The notes beneath the pieces were generated by a model. That model did not search any database. It was not told where the DNA came from and was given only the letters and a program-made list of their open reading frames with translations. From an uncultured Actinomycetes bacterium (GTDB taxonomy: Bacteria; Actinomycetota; Thermoleophilia; Gaiellales; JAICJC01), in NCBI GenBank assembly GCA_963723785.1, contig CAVRSB010000019.1, positions 8,459 to 72,458 of the forward strand: DNA of 64,000 nt. Reading direction: 5' to 3'. The position numbers and the translations under genes were made by a program. This document shows positions 31,160 through 41,196 of this stretch, piece by piece (positions within the stretch are counted from its first letter, which is position 1; each line of letters starts with the position of its first letter).

Positions 31160-32420
31160 TCAGATCACGGAGTCCACCGCCATGGCGGCGAACAGCAGCG
31201 CGAGGTACAGCAGCGAGTAGTGAAACAGCACCTTGGCGGCGTGTTTGGAGACCGTCCGGCGAAGGGCCAGTGCCATCCACAAAAAGACGGCTCCCAGCAG
31301 CACGGCGGAGACGGCGTACTCCCAGCCCAGCGAACCGGTGGCAACGGGCAGCAGCGTCACCGCGATCATCAACACGGTGTAGCGCACGATCTGGCGGGTG
31401 GTCTCGGTATCGCCGCGCACGACCGGCAGCATCGGGATCCCGGCGGCCGCGTAGTCCCCTTTGATCAGCATCGCCAGCGCCCAGAAGTGTGGCGGTGTCC
31501 ACACGAACACGATCAGGAACAGCAGCGCCGCGGTGACGGTCACGTGCCCGGACACGGCCGCATATCCCACCACCGGGGGGACCGCGCCGGCGGCTCCGCC
31601 GATCACGATGTTCTGCGCCGTGCGCCGCTTCAGGTAGCCGGTGTAGACGACCACGTAGAACAGGTCGCCCACGATCGCCAGCGCTGCGGTCAGAAGGTTG
31701 GTGGTGCAGGCCAGCAGCACGAACGACAGCGCCGACAGCGTCAGCCCGAACTCGAGTGCCCGCTCAGGGCTCACCCGGCCGGTGGCCACCGGCCGGCCGT
31801 CGGTGCGGCTCATATGCACGTCGATGTCGCGATCCATGTAGTGGTTGAGCGCGCTGGCGCCACCACAGGCAAGCGCCAGTCCCGCCATGGTGGCGACCAT
31901 CAACCCCAGCGGCGGCACCCCCTGGGCGGCGACGAACATGCCGCACAGCGCGGTCAGAAGCAGCAGCGACATGATCCGCGGCTTGGTCAGGGTGATGTAG
32001 TCGCGGGGGCGGCTGGGCTGCGGCGTGTGATCCCAGCGCACCCGCACCGCCACCGTCAGGGTGGCGGCGAACGCCACCGCGGCCAAGGCGATGTGAGCCA
32101 CGTGCAGCGCCGCGTTCGACCCGGTCAGCGGCGATCACACCGCCGAGCGCGATCTGGGCCAGCATCGCGGCCAACGCCACAGCCACAGGAGTCTTCAGGG
32201 TCGGATAGGAGATCACTGCGGCGATCGCCACCGCCGTCAGGAACGCCAGCGCGATCAGGCTGAGCAGATCGTGCGAGCCACCCATACCCAGCGCAGCGGT
32301 CGCGATCACCAGCGCGGTCGAGGTGGCCGCGCCGATCGCCGACAGCCGCAGCCATGGCCCCGGAAGGGGGCGCGGTGAGGTGCTCTCGGTCGGCGCGCGG
32401 CCCATGGATGCGGTGCGCAT
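31160..32420 (-). CDS. ctaB: Protoheme IX farnesyltransferase (heme o synthase) with an N-terminal 4-TM CtaA-like extension (frameshift near 32125)
   Basis: LTKPRI, NHYMDRDID..M.RT..RP, YTGYLKRRT.QNIVIGG, WTPPHFWALA, DY..AGIPMLP. Confidence 0.9.
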
Positions 32421-32465
32421 GGCGATGCCGCCAATCATACCGGCGGCGACCACGGGCATCGGCAG

Positions 32466-32501
32466 GCCAATTGGCACTCAACATCACCGCCAATTGGCAC
32501 T
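32466..32501. promoter_or_regulatory. Two copies of GCCAATTGGCACT, 23 bp apart, in the divergent promoter region
   Basis: Identical 13-mers at 32466-32478 and 32489-32501, each containing the palindrome GCCAATTGGC. Confidence 0.55.
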
Positions 32502-32547
32502 GGCCCTGCGTTTGGCGGCGACCGCGCCGGGGTATCCTTGCCCGCGA

Positions 32548-33801
32548 ATGCTCCGAACGTTCGTGGTGACGATGGTCGCGCTGGGCGCGATCGTGGGACT
32601 CAGTGCCGCTCCGGCGCTCGCCCAGAACCCACCCCATCAGTCGTGGCAGACCAACGGCACGGTGCGCACGGTGGTGATCTCACACGGAGTCGTCTATCTG
32701 GGTGGCCAGTTCACAACCATGCGTCCCGCCAACGCTCCCCTGGGCTCGACCCGGGCGGTCGTTCGCCGAAACGCTGCGGCGATCAACGCCACCACCGGCC
32801 GGCTGTTGCCGTGGAACCCGAACGTGGCCGGCCGCGTCGACGCTCTGCGGGTGATCGGAAACCGCGTGTACCTGGGTGGGCTGTTCACGGCCGTGGGCGG
32901 CAAGGCCCATGCCAACGTGGCCGCGGTGGGGCCGGACGCCGGCAAGCCCACGGCGTGGCATGCCAACACCAATGGGTCGGTGCGCGCGCTCGAAGCCACA
33001 CCGGGTGGCAACGTGCTGCTGGGCGGAGACTTCTCCCGCGTGGCCGGCGTCGCCCGCACCCGCCTGGCCGAGGTCACCCCCGCGTCCAAGGTGACTGCCT
33101 GGGCACCGAGGGTCGGACAGGTCACCGGCTTTGCCTGTCCCCCACGCTGCCACCCGAGCGTCTTCACGATCCGGATGTCGGCCAGCGGCAAGACCGTCTA
33201 CTTCGGCGGGCACTTCGGGCTCGTCAACGACGTGTCGCGGAACGAGGCTGCCGCTGTGCCGCTGGCAAACGGCGGCACCACGCTGGCGTTCAACCCGAAC
33301 ATCTATGCCGACGCCAACTGCCCCCTCTGCACCACGCCCGAGACCAGCCGCGTCTACAACATCATCCCCACCGCCACCCGGATCTACACCTGCGGCGGCT
33401 ACTGGAAGGTGAACGGCTCGTTGCGGTCGTTCAACGTCTCGGCGTTCAACCCGACCAGTGGCGCGCTGATCACCGGCTTTCGGGGGCAGGATGACGGCGA
33501 CACTCCCGGCTGCGCTTTGCGCGCCGGGGTCCTCTACATCGGAGGGCATTTCAACGTGGCCGGATTCAACTGCCAGCCGAACCAGCTGCAGTTCTGCACC
33601 ACCCGCCATCACGTGGCGGCGCTGGATGCGACCACGGGGTCGGTGATCAGCTCGTGGAACCCCGGGGCCAACTCCGTCCACGGCCTGCTGGCGATCGCAA
33701 ATGCCCCCGGCGCGGTCGCCTTCGGCGGCTACTTCACCCGCATCGGTGCCACCAACCGCCAGGGAATCGCCCTGTATCGCTCGCTGCCGCCGGCTCCCTG
33801 A
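32548..33801 (+). CDS. Secreted beta-propeller-like repeat protein
   Basis: Signal peptide ...AAPALA; about seven repeats of V.....VYLGG.FT...R...AA; several Cys pairs. Confidence 0.75.
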   Translation: MLRTFVVTMVALGAIVGLSAAPALAQNPPHQSWQTNGTVRTVVISHGVVYLGGQFTTMRPANAPLGSTRAVVRRNAAAINATTGRLLPWNPNVAGRVDALRVIGNRVYLGGLFTAVGGKAHANVAAVGPDAGKPTAWHANTNGSVRALEATPGGNVLLGGDFSRVAGVARTRLAEVTPASKVTAWAPRVGQVTGFACPPRCHPSVFTIRMSASGKTVYFGGHFGLVNDVSRNEAAAVPLANGGTTLAFNPNIYADANCPLCTTPETSRVYNIIPTATRIYTCGGYWKVNGSLRSFNVSAFNPTSGALITGFRGQDDGDTPGCALRAGVLYIGGHFNVAGFNCQPNQLQFCTTRHHVAALDATTGSVISSWNPGANSVHGLLAIANAPGAVAFGGYFTRIGATNRQGIALYRSLPPAP

Positions 33802-33811
33802 GCACGGTGCC

Positions 33812-35143
33812 TCACGTTGATCGCCCGGAAAAAGTCCAGGCCGTTCCAGTTGAAGCGCTGCATGCGGCCTTCGACCTCGAGGTCGAAGTTGAAGTACTCC
33901 GGGATCGGCCCGAGCGCATCTCGCCCACGGAACCGGTGCTGCCCGATCTCGTCGAGCCGTTCGATGCCGATGTCGAGCAGCCGGGGAGCGAGTGCGCCGT
34001 CCACCTGCACGATCTTCGCAGCCGGCGACCATGGGTTGTGCGATCGGTAGAGCCCGCAGTAAGGGTCGGCGGCATCATCGCCCGAGGGTGGCGGGGTGGT
34101 CGGCTTGATCGGAGCGGGCTCAGGCAGCGCCCGCCCGTCGTGACGGGCCCGCAGCAGCGCCATGGCGAACTCGCAGATCGGGATGGCGCCCTCCGGCCCG
34201 TTGACCAGCACGAACGCGCCCACGCCCACGTCCGACGTCGGCAATCATCATCGCGTGCTGCCCCACCATCCCTCCGGAGTGCGACAGCTCGCGGGTGCCT
34301 TCGGCAACCTCGACGCCGAGGCCGTAGCCGTACGGCTGCCCCTCCTCGTCCAGCTCGGTGCGCTCCACCATCAGCGCGAACGCCTCGCTCGACACCACCC
34401 CGTCGGCCTCTCCGGCCAGCAGCAGCCGGATGAACCGGGTCATCTCCTCGGCGGTCGCCACCACCGACCCGTCGGCGGATTCACTCACGATGAACGGTGC
34501 CGGAGCAAGCGGATCGCCCGATACCCACAGCCGGTTGGCGTCGAGCTGCAGGTGGCCGTCCGGCAGAGACGGGCGCAGCGCATGGGAGATCACCGCCGAG
34601 GCGGAGGTCATGCCCAGCGGCCGCAGCACGCGCTGCTCGACCGCCTCAGCCACCGTCTGGCCGGTGACCGCCTCGATCACGAGCCCGAGCGTGCAGTAGC
34701 CGTTGTTCGAGTACCACATCCGCTCACCCGGCTTCCAGCACGGCTCCATGCCGGCGAGCAGGGCGATCGGTGCGCGCGAGGGCGGGCCGGGCTCGGTGCC
34801 GATGGGAAGACCGGCGGTGTGGGTCAGCAGGTGGTGCAGAGTGATCGCACCGGGCCGGCCGAACCGAAACCACGGCAGATAGCGCTCAACCGGGGCGTCC
34901 AGCTCGAGCAGCCCCTCCTCCACCAGCCCCACCAGGCAGACCGCGGTGATCGATTTGTGGATCGACCCGATCTGGCCGCGGATGTCGGGTGTCCACGGCT
35001 GCCCGACGCGGGCCTCGCCGTAGGCTCGCACCAAAATCGGCCCGGTACGGTCGGTCAGCGCCAGTGACACGCCGGGGGTGTCGCCGGCGGCGATTCGCTG
35101 CCAGTGCGTAGGCCTCGAGAGCGTGCTCGAGCGGGTCGCTCAC
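33812..35143 (-). CDS. Serine hydrolase, beta-lactamase/AmpC family (frameshifted)
   Basis: SxxK (GSIHK), LLTHTAGL, YxN (WYSN), PLGM, HSGG. Confidence 0.85.
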
Positions 35144-36813
35144 ACTTCCACGACGATGGGCAGCACCATCGGCCGCTTGCCCGTCAGCCGCGAGACCATC
35201 TCGGCCAGGGCGTCGTGCAGCTGCTGCTGGACGAGATGCACCTCGGTGGTGCGATGCTCCTGGCATTCCTGCAACACCCGGTCGACCGCCAGCCTGGCCT
35301 GCTCCACCAGCAGCTCGTCGTCCTCATCGGGAGCGGCCAGACCGCGCAGGATCACCTCGGGTGGGGCCAGGATCTCGGCGTCCTCGGCCGAGATGGTCGC
35401 GACCACGATCACCACCCCATCGCTGGCCAGATGGCGGCGGTCGCGCAGCACCACATCCTGCGGGTCGCCCATGTTGAACCCGTCCACCAGCACGATCCCG
35501 GTCTCGACCTGACCCTCGAGCGACAACCCGTCGGCGTCCAGTTCCAGCACCGAGCCGTTGTCGGCGATCCGCACCGCGTGCGCCGGCACCCCCGCCTCCT
35601 CGGCGATCCGGGCGTGGGCCTGCAACATGCGGTACTCGCCGTGCACCGGCATGAAGCTGCGCGGCTTGACCGTCTCGATCATGGTGCGCAGATCCGCGGC
35701 GGAGGCGTGACCGGAGACGTTCACGTAGTCGGAGCTGTCGGTCAGCACCCGGGCGCCCTGACGGCACAACCGGTTGATCGTCTCGTTGACCTTGCCCTCG
35801 TTCCCGGGGATCGCCCGGGCCGAGATCACCACCGTGTCGGTGGAGTGCACCTGAACCGACTGGTGGGTGCCTCCGGCGATCCGGGTCAACGCCGACATCG
35901 GCTCGCCCTGGCTGCCGGTGCAGATGATCACGATCTGGTGATGCATGAACTCGTCCAGGCGGCGGGGCTTGATGATCACATCGTCGGCAACCTCGGTGTA
36001 GCCCAGGTTGCGGGCGATGTTGAAGTTTCGGTTCATCGAACGGCCGACGATTGCGACCACTCTGCCGTTTGCGGTGGCGGCGTCCACCACCTGCTGCAGG
36101 CGGTGGATGTGTGACGAGAAGGTGGTGATGATCACGCGCCCGGGCGCATGTCGGATGATCTCGCGCAGCGACGCGCCCACGGTGCGCTCGGATGCGGTCG
36201 ACCCCGGCACCTCGGCGTTGGTGGAGTCGGCCATCAGCAGTGCGACGCCGGCGTCACCGAGCGCACCCAGCCGTCCCAGCTCGGTCGGCCGATCGTCGAT
36301 CGGGGTCGGGTCGAGCTTGAAGTCGCCGGTGTGCACGATCGCGCCGAACTCGGTGTGGAACGCCACCGCGACCGCGTCGGGCACCGAGTGGGTGACCCGC
36401 ATGAACTCCATCGTGAACGGGCCTACCTGCACGGTTCCGCCGTCAGGCTTGATCTCGACCAGGTCGACGTGTGGCGACAGGCCGTGCTCGTCCAGCTTCG
36501 ATTTCACCAGGCCCAGGGTCAGGCGCGTGCCCCACACCTCGGCGGCGGTGCCGATCTCACGCAGCAGGTATGGCAGCGCCCCGATGTGATCCTCGTGCCC
36601 GTGGGTGAGCACGATCGCGTCAAGCTTGTCGACGCGCTCGGCCACGTAGCTGAAATCGGGCAGCACGATGTCGATCCCGAGCATGTCGTCGCGGGGAAAG
36701 GTCAGGCCGGTGTCCAGCAGCACCATCCGGTCGCGGTACTCGAACACCGTCATGTTCTTGCCAACCTCGCCCAACCCGCCCAGCGGGATGATCCGCACCG
36801 GATCTGGCGCCAT
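35140..36813 (-). CDS. rnj: Ribonuclease J
   Basis: IIPLGGLGEVGKNM, THGHEDHIG, HTGDFK, DSTN, TGSQGEP, VSGHA, PVHGE. Confidence 0.96.
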   Translation of the reverse strand: MAPDPVRIIPLGGLGEVGKNMTVFEYRDRMVLLDTGLTFPRDDMLGIDIVLPDFSYVAERVDKLDAIVLTHGHEDHIGALPYLLREIGTAAEVWGTRLTLGLVKSKLDEHGLSPHVDLVEIKPDGGTVQVGPFTMEFMRVTHSVPDAVAVAFHTEFGAIVHTGDFKLDPTPIDDRPTELGRLGALGDAGVALLMADSTNAEVPGSTASERTVGASLREIIRHAPGRVIITTFSSHIHRLQQVVDAATANGRVVAIVGRSMNRNFNIARNLGYTEVADDVIIKPRRLDEFMHHQIVIICTGSQGEPMSALTRIAGGTHQSVQVHSTDTVVISARAIPGNEGKVNETINRLCRQGARVLTDSSDYVNVSGHASAADLRTMIETVKPRSFMPVHGEYRMLQAHARIAEEAGVPAHAVRIADNGSVLELDADGLSLEGQVETGIVLVDGFNMGDPQDVVLRDRRHLASDGVVIVVATISAEDAEILAPPEVILRGLAAPDEDDELLVEQARLAVDRVLQECQEHRTTEVHLVQQQLHDALAEMVSRLTGKRPMVLPIVVEV

Positions 36814-37710
36814 CAGGTGGTGGCCGCCGGTAGCAAGCCCATGCTCTCGAGCGCGCGGCTGACTTCGGCGGCTTCGTTCTCGGACACCTCGATCAGCGGC
36901 AGCCTGAGCCCGCCGACGTCGTGGCCGAGCAGATTCAGCGCGTACTTGAGGGGGATCGGATTGGTGGTCACGGCGAGCGCATCGTAGAGCGGTCGCAGCG
37001 ATCGGTCGACCACACGTGCGCCGTCGAGGTCGCCGGAGTGGACCAGCTCGATCATCCGGCGGATCTGGGGACCGGCGAGATGGGAGGCCACGCAGATGCC
37101 ACCGACCGCGCCGATCTCGGTGAACGGCAGCACCAGGTCGTCGTTTCCGGCGTACAGGGCAAGGTCGGTCTCGTCCACGATCCGCTGGGCTTGATCGAGA
37201 TCGGGCGTGGCCTGCTTGACCGCCGTCACATTCGGAATCCGGGCGATTTCGATCAAGCAGGTCGGGCTCGAGATTCACCACCACCCGCTGCGGGATGTTG
37301 TAGATGATCACCGGCCGTCCGTCGGCGGCCTCGGCGATCGCCGTGAAATGCGCCAGGATGCCCGCCGGCGGTGGCTTGGAGTAGTACGGCGTGACCGCCA
37401 TCACCGCGTCCACGCCGGTGGCCAGCGCAGACCGTGTCAGTGCGACCGAGTGGTGCGTGTCGTAGCTGCCGGTGTTGGCGACCACCGTCGCCGCCCCGCC
37501 GATCTCGCTCACGATCGTCTCCAACAGGTCGAGCTTCTCCCGGTCGGAGACGGTCGGCCCTTCGCCGGTGGTGCCGCACACCACCACACCGTCGGAGCCG
37601 TTGTCCACCAGGAACCGAGCCAACCGGCGGGCGCTTCCGTGATCGACCGATCCGTCGCTGCCAAACGGCGTGACCATCGCGGTCAGCAGTGCTCCCAGGC
37701 CCGTACTCAC
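36813..37710 (-). CDS. dapA: 4-hydroxy-tetrahydrodipicolinate synthase (frameshift near 37255)
   Basis: TAMVTPF, GTTGE, TPYYSKP, YNIP.R; Schiff-base AVKQA and TNPIPLK in ORF 36813..37256. Confidence 0.94.
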
Positions 37711-37757
37711 GCGGTCATTCTAGTTCGTCGATCGGCGACGCCGTCGCCACAGTGCCA

Positions 37758-38424
37758 TCAGAGCACTGCGTCCAGGCCGATGGTGAGTCCCGGTTCGAGT
37801 TTGGCGATGCCGCGCACCGCCAGCAGCACCCCGGGCACGAATGCCCCTCGAGAGCGTGGTGTCGTGACGGATCGTGAGCGTCTCCCCCATTCCGCCGAAG
37901 ATCACCTCTTGGTGGGCGATCAAGCCCGGCAGCCGGACGCTGGAGATGGGAACGTCACCGCCCATGCGCGCGGCGGTGGCAAGCGCCGTGCCGGACGGGG
38001 CGTCGCGTTTGCCACTGCCGTGAAGCTCGACGATGTGGGCGTCGGGCAGAAGCTCGTGCGCCTGCTCCGCCATCCGCATCATCAGCACCGCCCCGATCGC
38101 GAAGTTGGGGGCATACAGGATCCGCACTCCGGCCGCGCGCGCGGCGGCGTCGGCGTTGGCCTGGGCGGAGGCCGAAAGCCCAGTGGTGCCGAGCACCAGC
38201 GAGACGCCGGCGGCTGTGGCCAGCGCGCAGGCCTCGGCGGCAGCCTCCGGCACCGTGAAGTCGATCACCACATCACAGTCGGCGGCCGCCAGTGCGTCGG
38301 CCAGCGTGACGCCCAGCGTCGGGGAGCTCGTGGCCACCAGCTCCAGATCCGGTGCTGCCTCGATGGCCGGCTGCAGCGCCTTTCCCACTTGACCGGTCGC
38401 CCCCGAGAGGAGTATGCGGATCAT
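37758..38424 (-). CDS. dapB: 4-hydroxy-tetrahydrodipicolinate reductase (frameshift near 37850)
   Basis: GATGQVG, IDFT, GTTG, APNFAIG, E.H...KRDAPSGTA, SVRLPG..AHQEV, IRHD. Confidence 0.93.
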
Positions 38425-38805
38425 GGTGCACTCCCGAGCTGGGAGATCGAAAGGACGTTGCCCGAAGGATCCTGAAACCACGCCACCCGGGCGCCACTGG
38501 GGGCGTCCCAAACACCCGACTCGTCCTGCCTCATACCGGGATAGCGGAGCGGTTCCACGCCCGCTTGCGAAAGCTGGGACACGGCGGCGGTCGGCGTCGG
38601 CGACGTTCCATCCAAGCACCGTGTGGGGCGCCGGTTGGAGCCGCTCGACCAGCGTCACCCGCAGCTGCGTGCCGTTGGCGTCGAACACTCGCGCAATCGG
38701 CGACTGTTCGACCACGGGCAGACCCAGCGTAGCTCCGTAGAAGTCTTCGGCCAGTTCGAGGTCGGTTGTCGCGACGAATGCGACCAGCGGTGTGTGTGCC
38801 AGCAT
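38421..38805 (-). CDS. VOC family (glyoxalase/bleomycin resistance) protein (frameshifted)
   Basis: DLELAEDFYGATLGL, TVLGWNV, RVAWFQDPSGNVLSI. Confidence 0.85.
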
Positions 38806-38831
38806 CGCCGGAGAGCCTATCGGCTCGCGGC

Positions 38832-40121
38832 TCAGGTGACGAACTCGAGGTCGAGCGCAGCCACGGCTTCGTCGAACCGCTCGCGGCTGGGCCCGATACC
38901 GGCGATCGAGAGCCGGGACGGGTCGAACAGCTGCCGAGCCAGCGCCGCGATCGCGTCCGGCTCGACGGCATCGATCTCGGCGCACACCCGATCCAGCGAC
39001 AGCAGCTCGGTGTCGGTCAGCACCGACTTTCCCAGCCTGCCGGCGCGATTCGAGGTCGATTCCATGCCCAGCATGATGCGGCCCTTGAGGTTCTCCTTGG
39101 CGCGGGTCAGCTCGACCGGGCCGATGTCGCCGCTGCCGACGCGCCGCAGCTGGTCGTCGATCACCCGCAGGCACTCGGCCAGGTTGTCCTCGCGGGTGCC
39201 CACGTAGATCCCCACCATGCCGGTGTCGGCGTACTGGGAGGTGAACGAGTACACCGAGTAGGCCATCCCGCGCTGCTCGCGAATCTGCTGGAACAGCCGC
39301 GACGACGCCGATCCACCCAGGATCGAGTCGAGCAGCGACTCGACAAACCGGCGGCGATCGGATCGCGGCAGGCCGACACCACCCAGGCAGACGTGGAACT
39401 GCTCCTGCTCGCGCTGTTGAAATACCAGTCGCGGCTTGGTATCGGCGATCCACGGAGAGCGCACTCCAACGGTCGGATCGGGCATCCGCGAGAGCGGCGC
39501 AAACCGCGTCTGGATGGCGTGCACGAGCGGTTCGTGCTCGAGGTTGCCGGCGGCGGCCACGACGATGTTGGGGCCGACGTAGCGAGACTCGTGGTAGGCG
39601 CGAACCGCGGCCGGTGGGACGCTCGACACCACATCGGCGGCGCCGATCACCGGCAGGCCCAGTGGGTGGTCGGCGAACACGGCCCGCGCGATCAGGTCGT
39701 GCACCATGTCCTGCGCAGCGTCCTCGTACATCGCGATCTCCTCCAGCACCACCTCGCGCTCGGAGGCCATGTCGGCGGGATCGAACCTGGGCGCCAGCAG
39801 CATGTCGCACATTACGTCCAGCGCCCGCTCCAGATGCGCGTCGAGGATGCGGGCGTGCAGTACCGTGAATTCCTTGCCGGTGGCTGCGTTCAGCTCCGCT
39901 CCGAGGCCGTCGAAGATCTCAGCGATCTCGACCGCCGAGTACCGGGACGAGCCCTTGAACAGCATGTGCTCGATGAAGTGCGAGATTCCGGCTTGGTTGG
40001 CGGTCTCATCTCGCGACCCTGCGCCGATCCAGATGCCGATGGAAATCGATCGGACGCTGGCCACACGCTCGGAAACGATGCGCTCGCCGCCGTCGAGCGT
40101 TGTGACTGTATAGCGCTGCAT
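38832..40121 (-). CDS. M16 family zinc peptidase
   Basis: GSRDE, inverted zinc motif HFIEHMLFKG, EREVVLEE, SSRLFQ.IRE.RG.AY. Confidence 0.95.
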   Translation of the reverse strand: MQRYTVTTLDGGERIVSERVASVRSISIGIWIGAGSRDETANQAGISHFIEHMLFKGSSRYSAVEIAEIFDGLGAELNAATGKEFTVLHARILDAHLERALDVMCDMLLAPRFDPADMASEREVVLEEIAMYEDAAQDMVHDLIARAVFADHPLGLPVIGAADVVSSVPPAAVRAYHESRYVGPNIVVAAAGNLEHEPLVHAIQTRFAPLSRMPDPTVGVRSPWIADTKPRLVFQQREQEQFHVCLGGVGLPRSDRRRFVESLLDSILGGSASSRLFQQIREQRGMAYSVYSFTSQYADTGMVGIYVGTREDNLAECLRVIDDQLRRVGSGDIGPVELTRAKENLKGRIMLGMESTSNRAGRLGKSVLTDTELLSLDRVCAEIDAVEPDAIAALARQLFDPSRLSIAGIGPSRERFDEAVAALDLEFVT

Positions 40122-40190
40122 GCCCGGCGCATGCTACCAACGAAGGGTGGGGATCTCGTCCCCCAGAAGGGGTAGAGGCGGCGGGGGCGG

Positions 40191-41130
40191 CTAGCGGTGT
40201 TTGCTGAGAGCCAGCGACCGCTCGAACCGCTGGGTGGCACCCTCGTCCAGGTGCATCACCACCGGGCCGTGCATGATCAAGTTGGCCGGTGCCCGCTCCT
40301 TCAAGCAGGTCGGGCATGAACTGCTCGGCCAGCCATTCGCGGCCATAGGCCACGGATGCGCGTACCCGCATCCGCACCAGGCCGTCGTCCAGCTTCTCGG
40401 TCTCCTCGACCCATGGTGCGATCACGAACTGGGTGGCGCCCTTGGGCACGATCGAGGCCACATCCTCGATCAGCGCCCGGCCCTTGTCGGCATCGGAGAC
40501 GTACATCTCCAGCGCCAGCTCACGCGCCCCGGTGGGGCGGACGCGGGTGGCGTAGATGGCCGAGTTGTTGACCCGGATCACCTCGCCGGTAACGGTGCGT
40601 AAACGGGTTGAGCGCAGTCCCACCTCCTCCACAATTCCCTCCAGCGACCACGGTTCGATGGTGATGTTGTCGCCCACCGCAAACCAGCCTTCGAAGAACA
40701 TGAAGCATCCTGCCAGGATGTCGGTCAGGAACCGCTGGCCGGAGAAGGCGATCAAGAGCACGATCAGCGATGCGCCGGCGACCGTGGTGACCCGTCCAGC
40801 ACCGGGTATCTGCGCCAGCGCGTAGAACAGTGCGATCCCGAACACCGTGTAGCGAAGCGTGGTTCGCAGCAGCGAGATCGTGGTCTCGCGTCGCTGCAGG
40901 CCCCGGAAGACGCCGGTGTCGGCCTCGTCGCGGTTGAGGTGCTTGCGTTCGTTGCGGCGAACGATCCAGGTGGCGAGCCGGTTCGACCATCGCGCGACCA
41001 GCCACGCCAGCAGGAACGCGAGCACCACCAAAAGCAGCGTCTTCCACGGATCCGAGATCAGATTGTGGGGAAGGTCGTTCCCTTTGTCGGCCCAGATCGC
41101 CACGATCGACAGTATCGCCGCTGCGTGCAT
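40191..41130 (-). CDS. MscS family mechanosensitive channel domain protein (frameshift near 40305)
   Basis: IAFSGQ..LTDILAG, FAVGD.I, EG.VEEVGLRSTRLRT..GE....N. Confidence 0.82.
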
Positions 41131-41156
41131 AAAAGGTGCCAGGCACCTCTTATGCA
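41126..41156. repeat. GGTGCC-N-GGCACC palindromic repeat, divergent copy
   Basis: TGCATAAAAGGTGCC-A-GGCACCTCTTATGCA: 15-bp arms with one mismatch, same core as 6364 and 54498. Confidence 0.7.
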
Positions 41157-41186
41157 TGGGGGGGCGGCTGGGCCGCCCCCCATGCA
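41153..41186 (-). terminator. Strong hairpin downstream of pnp
   Basis: TGCATGGGGGGGCGGC / GCCGCCCCCCATGCA inverted repeat about 10 nt after the pnp stop; no clear U tract. Confidence 0.55.
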
Positions 41187-41196
41187 GAGACGACTG

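Noticed and set aside
35140-37710. Apparent DapA-RNase J fusion (856 aa)
   Set aside because: A frameshift near 37255 moves the DapA C-terminal half into ORF 36813..37256; the linker is out-of-frame dapA sequence.
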